Positions 24,669 to 38,543 of a stretch of 64,000 nucleotides of DNA are shown here, one piece after another. The DNA comes from the human T2T-CHM13v2.0 reference genome, Homo sapiens. Position numbers and translations under genes: made by a program. The DNA is taken from NCBI RefSeq assembly GCF_009914755.1, contig NC_060933.1; one strand, 5' to 3'. The notes beneath the pieces are model-generated. The model saw only the letters and a list, made by a program, of their open reading frames with translations, searched no databases and was not told the DNA's origin. Within the stretch, counting starts at the first letter, position 1, and each line of letters opens with the position of its first letter.

Positions 24669-26678
24669 TAGCTAGAGATTGCATAAGCAGCCCCCGCTGA
24701 GACTGGGAAATGCCGGGTTGCGGATGCCCTAGGTTTCTTCTTTTCTACCTACACACTCCTCCATCACTAATGTGTTGATTTCAAAATAGACGGAGACTGT
24801 AGTAAAGCAGCCAATAAGGAATTAGGAATAGACTGCCTGACTGCTTTCCTAGGGCTGTGATGAATTCACAATATGATTTCAGGTTTACAGTGGAAAAAAA
24901 GGCCAGGAAAGAAAATAAGTGAGCATTATGCAAACAAATGTCTTTTCTTGAGTGAGCTGCTCTGGTTTCACAGTCATCCTGTGGTTTTAAATACAGCTGA
25001 GCAGCACGTATCTGCAGTTCTGTGCAGCATCTGCAAAAGTTTTCACATAGTGATAGATGCTATAATCGAACACACAAGGAAGGTAAGGCGAGTGATGGAC
25101 AAACTGCTGCTACTCCACAAGGCCAGCGCCTCCCTCCTCTGAACTCCCGCGGCCCTTGGTGCACAGCCTTTTGAAGGTATTTTTCGTTTCTTCCTTTTAC
25201 TAGCTATTTAGATGTTTATTTCGCATTTCCTCCACTTGTAGTGTCTACACAGTCAGGGCTCGTAAGTGATCCTCTTTTACACCCCTCTCCCGGCCTTCAC
25301 AATGGGTATGAAATAAATTTCTGATAAACAGAAGATCATGCCACTAAAAAACACTTCTTCAATCTGTGACCATAACACTGTTTCCCAAAGTAATATACAG
25401 ACAGCTCTTCTAGGAACTAGCACAAGAGGTTCTTGTACTTCTGCCCGAAGCCACCTATTTATATTTGGACATAAATCTACAAGTTACACAAACGGAAAGG
25501 TAAAGGGTTGGGCCCATGCCCATGCACCACCTCACCGTTTATTTACTATTTCCAAACTGAGACACTAACAACTCCAGTACATTTTCTGGAGCTCACTCAG
25601 CGTCCCCTGTTGGCTGACTTTAGGCTTTGCTGATCTGACCTAAGCGTAAGGTGAACCCTGGGAGAGTGAATTCCTCATTTTTCTGTCTTGTTAATAAAGT
25701 TTTCCCAAGAGTTTTCATAAAACTGTCACCCAGAGATCCCACCCCTAGCTCCAGCATCTGAGAAGACAGTGTTAGGGGATCACCCTGGGCAAGAACCTAC
25801 ATCTTCTCGAAAAAGGAAGAGGAATTTAGGTTTTGTAAAATGCTCTGAAACTTTGAATCATTTGCATTTCTCAAACAGATCTACTCACTCAAGTCTCAGA
25901 AAAAAGGCAGGCCCAAAATGGCATAAAAAGGAAATGTGACTGGCTCGTTCCCTTCTGTCTCCTCTCCTCCCATGCTCCAATAAGGCCCCTTTCTGGCTGG
26001 CGCAGTCTGTGCCCATGTCAGGACTGCCTTCCATCAGGTTTCAGGCCTCAGAGGGAAAGGATGCCCTTATTCTCTATTTCCGAAATGTCTCCTAAGCGTG
26101 AGCTCACAGCCACATTCCTGGATCAACACCAGTCGAATGAAGGCTGGAACCATCACTTCCCCAGCTGGATAGCCTTTGGAAGGCTGGCAAAGGATATCAG
26201 GAGAGGCTGTGGATGAAGCACCTTACTGAACTCTCTCAAAATCCTTCCCTTAGCTTGGTTAGGGGAAACTTCCCCTGCATTTCCTCAGCTTCATCCATCA
26301 TTTTGTCTTTTCTTCTGCAACAAGGCTGCACAGAGTAGAAAGAATGAAAAGCAAACGAATGTACTGTTTTATTCTGACTCAGCCAAGTCTTAGCCTGTTC
26401 CTGGCATCTGGTGGATCTGGTTGGCACCAGAAGAGCCTGTGTTATCTGGAGGCAGACTAGCAACACCTACCAGAGGCCATTGTTTTTTTGTTTGTTTTCT
26501 TCTTTTGGTAAGTGATCACAACTGGGAAGCCAAGCAGACTCTCATATCAAAATCCACAGAATGTGGGATCCTGGGGGCTTAAAGGGATCTTAGAAATAAC
26601 CAGTTCTGTCTCCCTCATGCTGTAGATAAGGGCCTGATGAGGAGGTCATAATTTGACAATGCTCTTCCCAGGAAATCA

Positions 26679-27029
<351 letters not shown>

Positions 27030-27069
27030 TTATGAGTTCTACTTCACATGAACCCAATTATACAAATAA

Positions 27070-27721
<652 letters not shown>

Positions 27722-28733
27722 TCAGCATGGTTTTTAAAATAACAACAAAAGTGTAAAACTGTGCTCGCATTTCGAGGGCCAAAGAGCTACAGCTATCTAT
27801 GCCCCCAAGGGGCACAGAAGCTTTTTTAAAAATTGAGGTAAAATCTATAACGCATGGAGTGCATGGGCTTTAAGTATATGAGGTTTTGGTAAATGTGCAA
27901 ATCCATGTGACCACCACCCCAGTGAAGACACATTTCTATCACGCCAAAAAGTCCCCTTCCAATTCTTAACAATCATTCCCTCCACCCCACCCTGGCAACC
28001 AATGTTTTGATTTTGACAAGAGAGATTAGTTTTGCTTATTCTTGAATTTTGTGTAAAGGGAACATAAAGTATGTTTTCTTTTGTGTCTGGCTTCTTGGGC
28101 TCAACATATTTTCTTAAAGATTAAGCCACGTTATTGTGTGCGAGTAGATCATTCTGTTTTTATTGCTCAGAAGTAGTCTGAATTGTATGAATATGCCATA
28201 GTCTGTTTAGCCATTCTCCTCTTGATGTGCATTTGGGCTGCTTCCAGTTTGGGGCTGTCATGAATAAAGCTGTAGTTAACATGCATACATATGTCTTTTC
28301 ATGGACATGTGTTTCTGTTTCTCCTGGGGATGCCATCGGAATGGAACTGCTGGGTCACAGATAGATGCTTGTTTAACATCGTAAGGCCATATGGTTTTCC
28401 GGTGTTGTACCATCTTACGCCCACCAGCAATGTATGTGAATTCCAGTTGCTCCACATACTCCCCAGCATTTCATCCATTCTAGTGGCTGGGAACATAACC
28501 CTATGTATGCTTGCTTTCCTACCTGTTTCACTCTGCACTTTCCTGATGGCAAATGACGCTGAACAGTTTTCATGTGCTTACTGCCAACTTATGTATCTTT
28601 TTTGAAAGTATATATTCAAGTCTTTTGTCCATTTTAAAAACTGGTTTCTTAGGCAGTTATAAGAGCTCTTCATATATTCTCGACACAAGTCCTCTGTTGT
28701 ATACATATATTACAAATATTTTCTCCTAGCTAA

Positions 28734-29066
<333 letters not shown>

Positions 29067-29118
29067 TGCTTTTTCAGTTTCTTAATGATATCTATCAAAG
29101 AATAGAAATTTTACATTC

Positions 29119-29420
29119 CTTTCTTATTTTTTGAGATATGGTTTCACTCTGTTGCCCAAGCTGGAGTGCAGTGGCATGATCACAGCTCACTGAAGCCTTG
29201 ATCTCCCAGGCTCAAGTGATCCTCCCACCTCAGCCTCCCGAGTAGCTAGGACAACAGGTGTGTGCCACCACGTTCAGCTAAATTTTGTATTTTTTGTAGA
29301 AAAGGGGTCTTACTTTGTTGCCCAGGCTGGTCTCCATCTCCTGGGCTCAAGAGATCCTCCTGCCTTGGGGCTCCCAACGAGCTGGGATTACAGGAGTGAG
29401 TTTGAGCTATGCCCCCAGCC
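29119..29420 (-). mobile_element. AluJ-like
   Basis: Dimeric antisense Alu with a degenerate TSD. Confidence 0.9.
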
Positions 29421-29825
29421 TAAAAGTTTTAAATTCTGATGAGGTCTAATTTATCCATTTTTTCCTATGGTTAGTGCTTCTGAGAAATCTTAGATCACCT
29501 CAGTGTCAAACAGATACATTATCCTATGCTCTCTCTAGGGGCTTTATCTTTCTAACATTTCTGTTGAAGCCCATGATCCTCTCAAATTAACTGTTGTGTG
29601 CTTTACAAGGTAATGTTTGAGGTTCATTTTTCTACATATGGACATCCAGTTATTCCAGCATCATTTGTTGAAAACGTTCCTTTCCCCATTGAATTGTCTT
29701 GGCATCTCTGTCAAAAATCAGTTGGCCACATATGTATGGGTCTATATCTGGACTCAATTCTGATCTATCTATGGCTGTCTTTTTGCCAATACCTCACTGT
29801 CTTGATTACAATGGCTTTTAAAATC

Positions 29826-30136
29826 TTTTTTTTTTTTTTTTAAGACAGCATCTCGCCCTGTCTTCCAGGCTGGAGTGCAGTGGTGTGATCATGGCTCACT
29901 GCAGCCTCCACGTTCTGGGCTCAAGCAATCCTCCCACTTCACCCCCCGAGTAGCCGGGACTACAGGCATGCATCACCATGCCCAGCTAATTTTTTATTTA
30001 TTTACTTTTTTGTAGAGACTGGGGTCCCACTATGTTGCCCAGGCTGGTCTTGAACTCAACTCCTGGACTCAAGCAATCCTCCCACCTTGGCCTCCTAAAG
30101 TGCTGGGATTACAGGCATGAGCCGCCGTGCCCAGCC
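29826..30136 (-). mobile_element. AluJ-like
   Basis: Dimeric antisense Alu. Confidence 0.9.
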
Positions 30137-31056
30137 AGGTCTTCATTTTTTTTGTTCAATCTGACGTTTCTGCCTTTTTATTAGAATATTTAACTTCCAT
30201 TTAATTGCTGAAATTAATGTCATTGTTGGTAGTTTTGGGTTTAGGTCTATCTTTTGACATTGGTTTTCTTTTTTCCCCTCAATTTTTTTGTTCCTTTGGC
30301 AGCTTACACTTCTATTTTTTGGCACCTTAAGTCAATCAGATTGTGCCAAGTTCTGGCCCTCTCCTGGCCCCACACTGCCTGCCTTCCAACCTCACATGAG
30401 GGCAGCTGGGGGGAGGCAGGAGACCTCTCTGTGTGATGTCCCTTTAAAGGGCTGATGGCCTCCAGTTTCTGTCCACTTTTTCAGGTGCTCTGTAGTGCCT
30501 TCAAATAGATTTTTAAAAATACTTTGCCTGGAGTTTATCATTTTTATCTGTGGGAGATGATTTAATCTAGCTCATTACCAGATGCTGTCATGGCTGCAAC
30601 CAGAAACTGACCTGACTGGCTGTACTGAGCCACAGTGCAGGCTTAGAAAAAGTGGCTTGTCACACCCATTTCAATTTCTGCCTACTGTCTGATAGGGCAT
30701 ATTGATGGAGCTGACTGTGTCCTCCAAACAGAACAGGGACAAGAGGAAAGGGTAAGAAGAGACAGAAGCACTGACATGAGTGCTTCTGATGATAGGAGAG
30801 AATGTGGATTTATGGGATCACTCATAAACTGTTGCAGGAAGTGCAGATGAGCACCAACACTTTTGAAATGAGTCTGGCAGGATCTATGAAAGTTGAACTT
30901 TTGTATTCCAAATACACTTCCACTCCTAAGTATCTATCCCAGAGTGTCCAGAGCAACATTGTTTGTAATAAAAAACAAAACCTGGAAGCATCTCAAGTGC
31001 CTACCAGCAGGAGGATGGCTACACTGCCATACGTTTTCACAATGGACTATGCATAA

Positions 31057-31565
<509 letters not shown>

Positions 31566-32428
31566 ACATAAAATTCAAACCAGAGGTTACCTGGAGGGAG
31601 AGAGGCAGGGAGGAGCACGTGGATAGACATATATTCAGATTATTAGATATCAGGTTTACAGATACTCATTTTATTAAGAAGGAATTAATGAATAAAACAC
31701 AGAGAGAAAAGAGGGTCACGCATCTACCAAATATGACATGAAGGGTTTTGATTAGCTAAAAATGGACAGTCAAGAAGGCAGAGGGTCAAAAGATGTAGAT
31801 GGCCATCAGTTAAAAAGACAGGCACTCAGGTCCAGCTCTAGGAAGAGAAATAAACTAACAGATACCTATGCAGGCATTGGCAAAGCAAAGAGACTTTCCT
31901 TTCCTTTGTTGAGCTGAAGGCGAGGGTGGTGAATTCCTGTTTGTTTTTGGATCCCTGCCTTGCCTCACACCAGGACCCAGTGTGTGGTCCCACGTCCTTA
32001 GATACGTATGCCTGGTCAGGGTACTAGTCTCAATTAAAAGCAACTGCAACATCAGTCCCAATCCATAGTGCCCACGGCCAACATAGAGGCTGAGGGTGAA
32101 GCTAAGAAGAAAAAGAGGCGCGAGCTAACCCTAAAGAGCACAGTGGCACTCCTCCGTGGCCTCTGCTCCAACCCAGGTGTGCTCCGCGAGGCCACAGGTG
32201 AGACTCCCCAGAGGCCCGTTCCTAATGGGGTCTACAAAGAATGCACAAGGGAGGCTCAGAGACATTTACAGTTAGGCTCAAAATAACCGTGAGGGCCAGC
32301 TGTGCCTTCCAGCCGAGCCACCTCCAAAATTCTAGGTGGGACCATGGATAGCGCAGCTTGCTACAGCCCAGCTAACTTCTCCAGGGAAAGTGAGGGTGGG
32401 AAAAAATAAATCACAAATATTTACTGTT

Positions 32429-32734
32429 GGCCAGGCACAGTGGCTCAAGCCTGGAATCCAAGCACCTTGGGAGGGCAAGGTGGGAGGATCCCTTGAACCC
32501 AGCTGTTTGAGACCAGCCTGAGCAACAGAGAGACTCTATCTCTACAAAAAAAAATTTAAAAATTAGCTGGGCGTGGTGGCTTGAACCTGTGGTCCCAACT
32601 ACTTGGGAGGCTGAGGTGGGGGGATCGCTTGAGCCCACGAAGCCAAAGGCTGCAGTGAGCCATGATCATACCACTGCACTCCAGCCTTGGTGGCAGAGTA
32701 AGAGCCTGTCTCAAAAAATAAAATAAAATAAAAA
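32429..32734 (+). mobile_element. AluJ-like
   Basis: Sense Alu with (AAAAT)n tail. ATATTTACTGTT duplicated on both sides. Confidence 0.92.
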
Positions 32735-32766
32735 TATATTTACTGTTGCTTTAAAAAGCAGAAACA

Positions 32767-33537
32767 GGCTGGGTGTGGTGGCTCACACCTGTAACCCCAG
32801 CACTTTGGGAGGCCAAGGTGGGAAGATTGCTTGAGCCTCAGAGGTTGAGACCAGCCCGGGCAACATGGTGAAACCCCATCTCTAATAAAAATACAAAAAT
32901 TAGTGCTTCCTCCAGTCCGTGCCTCCAATATGATGAAAAAAAGAAGGAACAACGGTCGTACCAAAAAGGGCCGCGGCCACGTGCAGCCTATTTGCGACAC
33001 GAACTGTGCCCAATGTGTGCCCAAGGACAAGGCTATTAACAAATTCATCATTGGAAACACAGTGGAGGCTGCAGCAGTCAGGGACATTTCTGAAGCGAGC
33101 GTCTTTGATGCCTATGTGCTTCCCAAGCTGTATTTGAAGCTACATTACTGTCTGAGTTGTGCAATTCACAGCAAAGTAGTCAGGAATCGATCTTGTGAAG
33201 CCCACAAGGACTGAACACCCCTACTCCAATTTAGACCTGCGGATGCTGCCCCACAACCCCCACCAAAGCCCACGTAAGGAGTTGAGTCCTTAAAGTCTGA
33301 AGACGGACTATTCTCTTGAGAAAAATAAAATGGAAATTGTACTTAATTAAAAAATACAAAAAGTAGCCATGAGTGGTGACATGCACCTGTGGTCCCAGCT
33401 ACACGCAGGGGCTGAAGTGTGAGGATCACCTGAGCTTGGGGGGTTGAGACTGCAGTAAACTGAGATCACATCACTGCACTCCAGCCTGGGTGACAGAGTA
33501 AAACCTTGTCTCAAAAAAAAAAAAAAAAAAAAAAAAG
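32767..33537 (+). mobile_element. Alu split by the RPS26 retrocopy
   Basis: Left arm 32767-32903. Right arm resumes at ~33350 and runs to the poly-A at ~33537. Confidence 0.9.
32904..33349 (+). pseudogene. Processed pseudogene of ribosomal protein S26 (RPS26/eS26)
   Basis: Intronless copy with a 5'UTR remnant, ATG at 32930 ([21 protein letters not shown]...), premature TGA at codon 95 (33212-33214) and original TAA at 33275-33277. 3'UTR has AATAAA at 33324-33329. Flanked by a 17-bp TSD. Confidence 0.96.
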
Positions 33538-34492
33538 TAGAAATATCGGCTAAAACCTGAGAGATCTATTTGACGTTGGCGGGGGGTGTGATCTGGTGGA
33601 GCCAAGCATTGTAGTTCTCCTCTCGGAAGTCAAACTGCGGAGAGCTTCACAGGGGCCGTGACATACTCTACAGATGAGATGCACTGGACCAGCACCACTC
33701 TCGACAGGCAATGTGTCCCATAAACATTACTTCTGTGGCCGTTAGAAATCAAGGCCAAATATATATGCTGAAAGGTGAAAGCTCGCTGGTAGCAAAGGTC
33801 CCTGTTTCACGAGGTCCCTCTAATTGGTCATTGACTCTTGGCAGCTGTTGCCCAGCCTCTGCTGCTGGGGACGTGGAGCACAATCTTCTGCAGGGTGCGG
33901 GCCTGGCCTTTGGTTTACTGACTGTGTCTAACACACACCTCCCGCTCACTGCCCTTCCTCACTCCCCTTCTAGTTAGTCAAGCCTTTCCCAGTCACTCTT
34001 ACCACCTCCTTTCCTGGAAGCCAATTCACATTTGGGTCTCTGATAAGAATGAAGATGCTAATAATTAAGAATGTCCAGGAGTGCTTTGTAATAAGTGCCC
34101 TTTCCTATTCATCACATGCCATATAGACCCCAGGGTGCCTCCTGCTGACCTGGGAGGCTCAGATGCAGCCAGGGGGCAGTGTCCTGCTCGGCAGACAGTG
34201 CACAACACAGGGCCAAGAAGAGCCGTCCTCCAGGGCCATGCATGCTGGCATGACAGAGTTCTCAGACATAATAGTAGACAGATGCTTCTGGGTATCAGGG
34301 CACGGGGCAGACAGATCTTGATTTATGTTAAGTTAAAATGGCTTAACCTTTGTTGGGGCACTCATTAGGAACCTTTCTTTGTGAGCAAAACAGTCCATCA
34401 AAATTATTGAAAATAAAGTGCTCTTGTCCAAAATACTCTCAACAGCGTCTTATTCTCTGGGATGAATGAGTAATATATGTGATATAACAAAC

Positions 34493-34592
34493 CTGCTTGC
34501 TTGCTTTCTCCAGAGCTTCTACAAAGCACTGCGTAAACACCTGAATAGTGGCTATGATTTCCAGGGCCCCATCGGTTTCCAGGAGTGCACAC
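34493..34592 (-). CDS. FANCC: FANCC exon 10 (100 nt): [33 protein letters not shown]
   Basis: Manual translation matches FANCC. Acceptor TTGTTCAG|G, donor CAG|GTTTGT. Confidence 0.97.
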
Positions 34593-35300
34593 CTGAACAA
34601 TGCAAAGTCAGATCAGAACACGTTTAACAAGTAATCCGGCAAACATGAAAACCTGCACTGTATAAGGGAAAAGTAGAAACACTTTTTTTGTGCCATAAGC
34701 TTCAGCAGTATCTCAACTCATCAGATTTCAGTCCTTGTGTGAAAACAGGATAAATTTGTCGCTCCCTGTTATATTTTCTTTAAAATTGCAACGTGCAGAG
34801 CTCTCTTTCTTGGTTCTTAAATTATTAAGCAATGCAAATCCCTTCCACACAGGCTTGCATACTCTGTACAAATATTTTTGTATTGTATGCCTGGACACGC
34901 AACATCAACATTTTGCTTTCACAAGTGGAGACGAAGCTGCTCAAAGGGTAAAATGGCCTCGTCCATCCACCCAGCAAAGTAGGAAAATAATGTGTGTGTA
35001 CCTGGTTTCGCTTCCATGCATTATTGTACAATTAATTTTTCTTTATGTTTGTTTAAGCAAAACAAAACAAAACAAACAAAAAAACTCTCAAATTTTGCTA
35101 GCTTTAAACCCCCAACACTGTTCTGACTACTGGTGAGTTATTGTCACAGTAAAAATTCCTTTCCCCAAAGTCTGCAGTCTGCCCTGCAGCCTCTGCTGCT
35201 GTGTGTTAGGTGGGAGGGGCTAGAGAGAGAGCTGATATGGGCTCCCCTGGAAGAGGGGCTGGGACACTCCCAGGTGACAAGCTCCCCAGGGGCGTCCAGT

Positions 35301-35362
35301 CTTAGTACTCCATGGTTAGTACTCCCACTAACTTAGTACTCCATGGTTAAAACTCCCACTAA
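35301..35362. repeat. 31-bp tandem duplication (CTTAGTACTCCATGGTTAGTACTCCCACTAA x2)
   Basis: Read directly. The second copy has 2 substitutions. Confidence 0.88.
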
Positions 35363-35935
35363 CTGCCAGCCACATCTCAGCTTCATGGCTGTGAGCTCCT
35401 CGTCTCTTGCCGTCTGTAAATCTAATGCATTTCCCAAGAAGTACTCATATTTTCAAAATAAAAATGTAATGTGTTGTAAGAGAACATGCATGGTGTATTT
35501 TGCCTTTCAGAAGAGTTCTGTTAAGAATGACTTTTATTTTTCTTGGCTTTCTTTAGCTTTAAAGTCTTTTAAAAATATTGGTCAGCCCTCACATGGTGAA
35601 GGGAGTATATTGCTACCCTTTATTCTGAGCTGAGAAAAATCCTACATGAATATTTCATGATATTAATGCCTAACTCAATTCTGTGTTTCTATTATTAGAA
35701 TCTTAAAAGGCTAAAGAAAATAAAGTTATCTTAATTCTTAGGCACTGGCCTTTAAATTTACACTGATTTTTGAGTTTTTACCTCTAATTACCAAAAAGCT
35801 CAGAGGAACAGGAGGGAATCAGAAACTCTAATTTCCCCATGATACAGCCAGAGACTACCACAACATTTTCTGATTCATGCTTGGAAATGGAACCTTTTTT
35901 ACATCAATTACTAGAAGAAACAGTGTAACGTTTAC

Positions 35936-35988
35936 CTGAACATCTCATCAACAACCCGGAATATGGCAGGGTGGCAGGCTGCTTGAGG
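35936..35988 (-). CDS. FANCC: FANCC exon 9 (53 nt): PQAACHPAIFRVVDEMF(R)
   Basis: Read manually on the minus strand. Acceptor CTTTTACAG|CCT, donor TTCAG|GTAAAC. In frame with exons 8 and 10. Confidence 0.97.
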
Positions 35989-36756
35989 CTGTAAAAGGAG
36001 AAGACCATGAGAATGTGAAATATCACAAGCACTTTCTCAGAAACTTGCTATTATCAGCCAAAGGAGTTACTGGGAACTGCTGATGTCCAGAAAACTGGCA
36101 TACTCCTTTTGGTTAGAAGAACGAACCACTGCTGTACTGAAAACGCCCCACATACAAGTGCATACGGTGGTCTCCCTGGGCAGGGGTTACAGGCAGCTTA
36201 TTCCTCTGTATACTCCTGTATGTCCCACATTTTCTATAAAAGCTCAGGCGATCCATAATACAGAATCAGTAAGTATTAGAGAAACTTTAAACATCCCTCT
36301 GCCCGCATGCCGTGGAGCCTGCCTGTACTGCCAGTTCTACTGAAGTGTGCCTGTGTGACCTCCTCAAATGGCTAGATGTGCCTCGAGGTCAGGCCCGTGC
36401 CTGCAGCCTGTTTATTCGGTAATGGGTACATAACAATTTAGAATTATTATTGGCAAACCAGTGACCACTACCACGCTGGACTAAATCACATCACATCTTA
36501 ATGCACTTAACAGCTTGCGTTAAGATGAAAAGGGGGTTCATGAAGAAGAATAAAAGTTATCTAATTTCTCCTTGAATATTTCGGTGATGGGTTCTGATTA
36601 TTTGAGTCTGCAGAAGCTGGCCTCCGGTAGCCCTGGGAGCTGGGGGGAGCTTCACTGGCCCAGTCCCTGGTTCCCTATCTTTTTGGCCAGAGCTCAAAGT
36701 ATGAGATGATGCCAGATGAAAATGCCCATTTGTGTTCCAAAACAGATCCTTTATAG

Positions 36757-37013
36757 CAGGGTCCGTAACTTTCTCGGCACCAGGTACCGGTTTCTTGGAA
36801 GGCAATGTTTCCACAGACCGGGAGGGGGAGATGGTTTTGGGATGAAACGGTTGCTCCTCAGATCATCAGAGGACAACCCGATTCCAGGCATGCGCAGTCA
36901 GGATGGGGCTCTGGTTCCGTGGGAAGCGAAGCGCGGGGCTCTGACAGGGGCAGGTGCGGGCGGGAAGGCTAGGGGCTCCTCTCCGCTGTGCGCCCAGGGG
37001 GCGGGGACCCCTG
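36757..37013 (+). mobile_element. MER1B (hAT-Charlie MITE)
   Basis: Termini CAGGGTCC... and ...GGGGACCCCTG. Internal GGCACCAGGTACCGGTTTC and GGGATGAAAC..CTCAGATCATCAG. 8-bp TSD CTTTATAG/CTTCACAG. Confidence 0.85.
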
Positions 37014-37214
37014 CTTCACAGCAGCATTCACATGTTAGTGGATCAGGCGCTATTGGAAATTCAAGTCAGAGTGCATTTGATATGACTAGCTTTGGGAAAC
37101 ACTGTTCACAGGCCCCCGTCGGCAAGAAAAAAGGAGGCGCTCTGCTCCGGCCGTGCCCTGGATCACACTGAGGCAGGACCGCGCCTCCTCGCGGCCTCCC
37201 CGATGACATTGAGC

Positions 37215-37248
37215 CCGCGCCATCTAGCGTCCACTGGTCAGCACTGCT
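37215..37248 (-). promoter_or_regulatory. Predicted CTCF site (core plus upstream module) in a CpG-rich patch of intron 8
   Basis: Minus strand AGCAGTGCT-GACCAG-TGGACGCTAGATGGCGC resembles the TGCAG upstream motif, a 6-nt spacer and the core CCASYAGRKGGCRS. Confidence 0.7.
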
Positions 37249-38316
37249 GGACCCGCCGGGCTCCAGGCAGGAGCTCTGCCACTTTTTCAGGACAGGATAA
37301 ATCTCCTTTTAATTATTTCAAGATTTCTAATTTGCAAGTTAAAATGTCCTACTCTTTAAATAATCTATGCTCCCTCATCCTTCACTGATGTGCATTTTTA
37401 TCTAAAAGGAACCAACTTGATATTCTTACAGATAAATTCATTATCTATGCAAGAAAATAATTTGGCAGGACCACCGTTCAAGAGAGGAGAGGCAGGTTAT
37501 TTCGTGGCTTCGAACTTAGGCATGTCAGTTAATCTCCTGATGCCCAGTCTCACTGTAAATAATAAAAGTTATTAAGAGGTCACCGGATATAAGCACGGAA
37601 AATATAAAAGTTTCTATGTATTCATAATGAAAAAATAAAACAAGGGAAAAGCAACCGTATGTCTTGAAGAAATGTGATTCATCTAAGTTTGCCAGAGCAA
37701 TTTTCAAAGTTTGTACAACAACATGCCTATTGAATAAGAGTGTTTAAGATCAAATAGCACTGTTATGTGCCCACAGGCAGACAGATAAGAGCTTGGAAAT
37801 GCGTTGATAGAAAGTAAGATGAAACTTGAAAATGGTAAAATTAAATTTCTTTTTTCTAAATGGTCAAACTATCCCAGAGCCATTCTATAGGTTTGATGCT
37901 AGTAGAGAATCATTCAATACTAATTATAGGGATTTCCAAACAGCAAAGAAAATGATGATCAGATGTAGATTAGGGCTACTATGAAAACCACTGGGGGAGC
38001 AAGGAAGACAGCTCTTACTCAGTTTGTTAGAAGAGAGTGAGAGCTTAGATCTGCTCCTCTTCTGTGCGCTGTTTTCTAGCAAAATCGCTCAATCCAATGT
38101 TTTAAATGCCTGCTGGCTGTGTGGAATCTGCTTGTTCTTCCCCATACAGATGGACTCTCCTCTTAGATTTCTTTCTTTCCAAATATTTCAGACCCTTGGC
38201 TACTCTCAGCCTGCTTCCACAACCCATTTTAGCTTTTAAAACAGGTAAGAGGCCAGGAGGCAGGGGAACCTGCAGAAACAGCAACGGCAGAGATTTTGAT
38301 TTGAAAACCAGTCTCC

Positions 38317-38543
38317 TTTTTTTTTTTTTTGAGACAGGGTCTCATTCTGTTGCCAGGCTGGAGTGCAGTGGTGATCTTGGCTCACTGCAACCTCCAACTC
38401 CTGGGTTCAAAAGATTCTCCTGCCTTAGCCTCCCGAGTAGCTGGGATTACAGGCACGTGCCACCACACCTGGCTAATTTTTGTATTTTTAGTAGAGATGG
38501 GGTTTCACCGTGTTGGCCAGGATGGTCTCGATCTCCTGACCTC
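38317..38543 (-). mobile_element. AluS, 5'-truncated
   Basis: TSD GAAAACCAGTCTCC at 38303-38316 and 38556-38569. Confidence 0.92.

Noticed and set aside
32903-33214. Functional RPS26 gene
   Set aside because: Intronless, flanked by a TSD, with a premature stop at codon 95, an altered zinc-ligand cysteine and many missense changes.
35313-35323. TGGTTAGTACT, identical to part of the 5S segment deleted from the pseudogene at 51.9 kb
   Set aside because: Only 11 bp with no flanking similarity. Coincidence.
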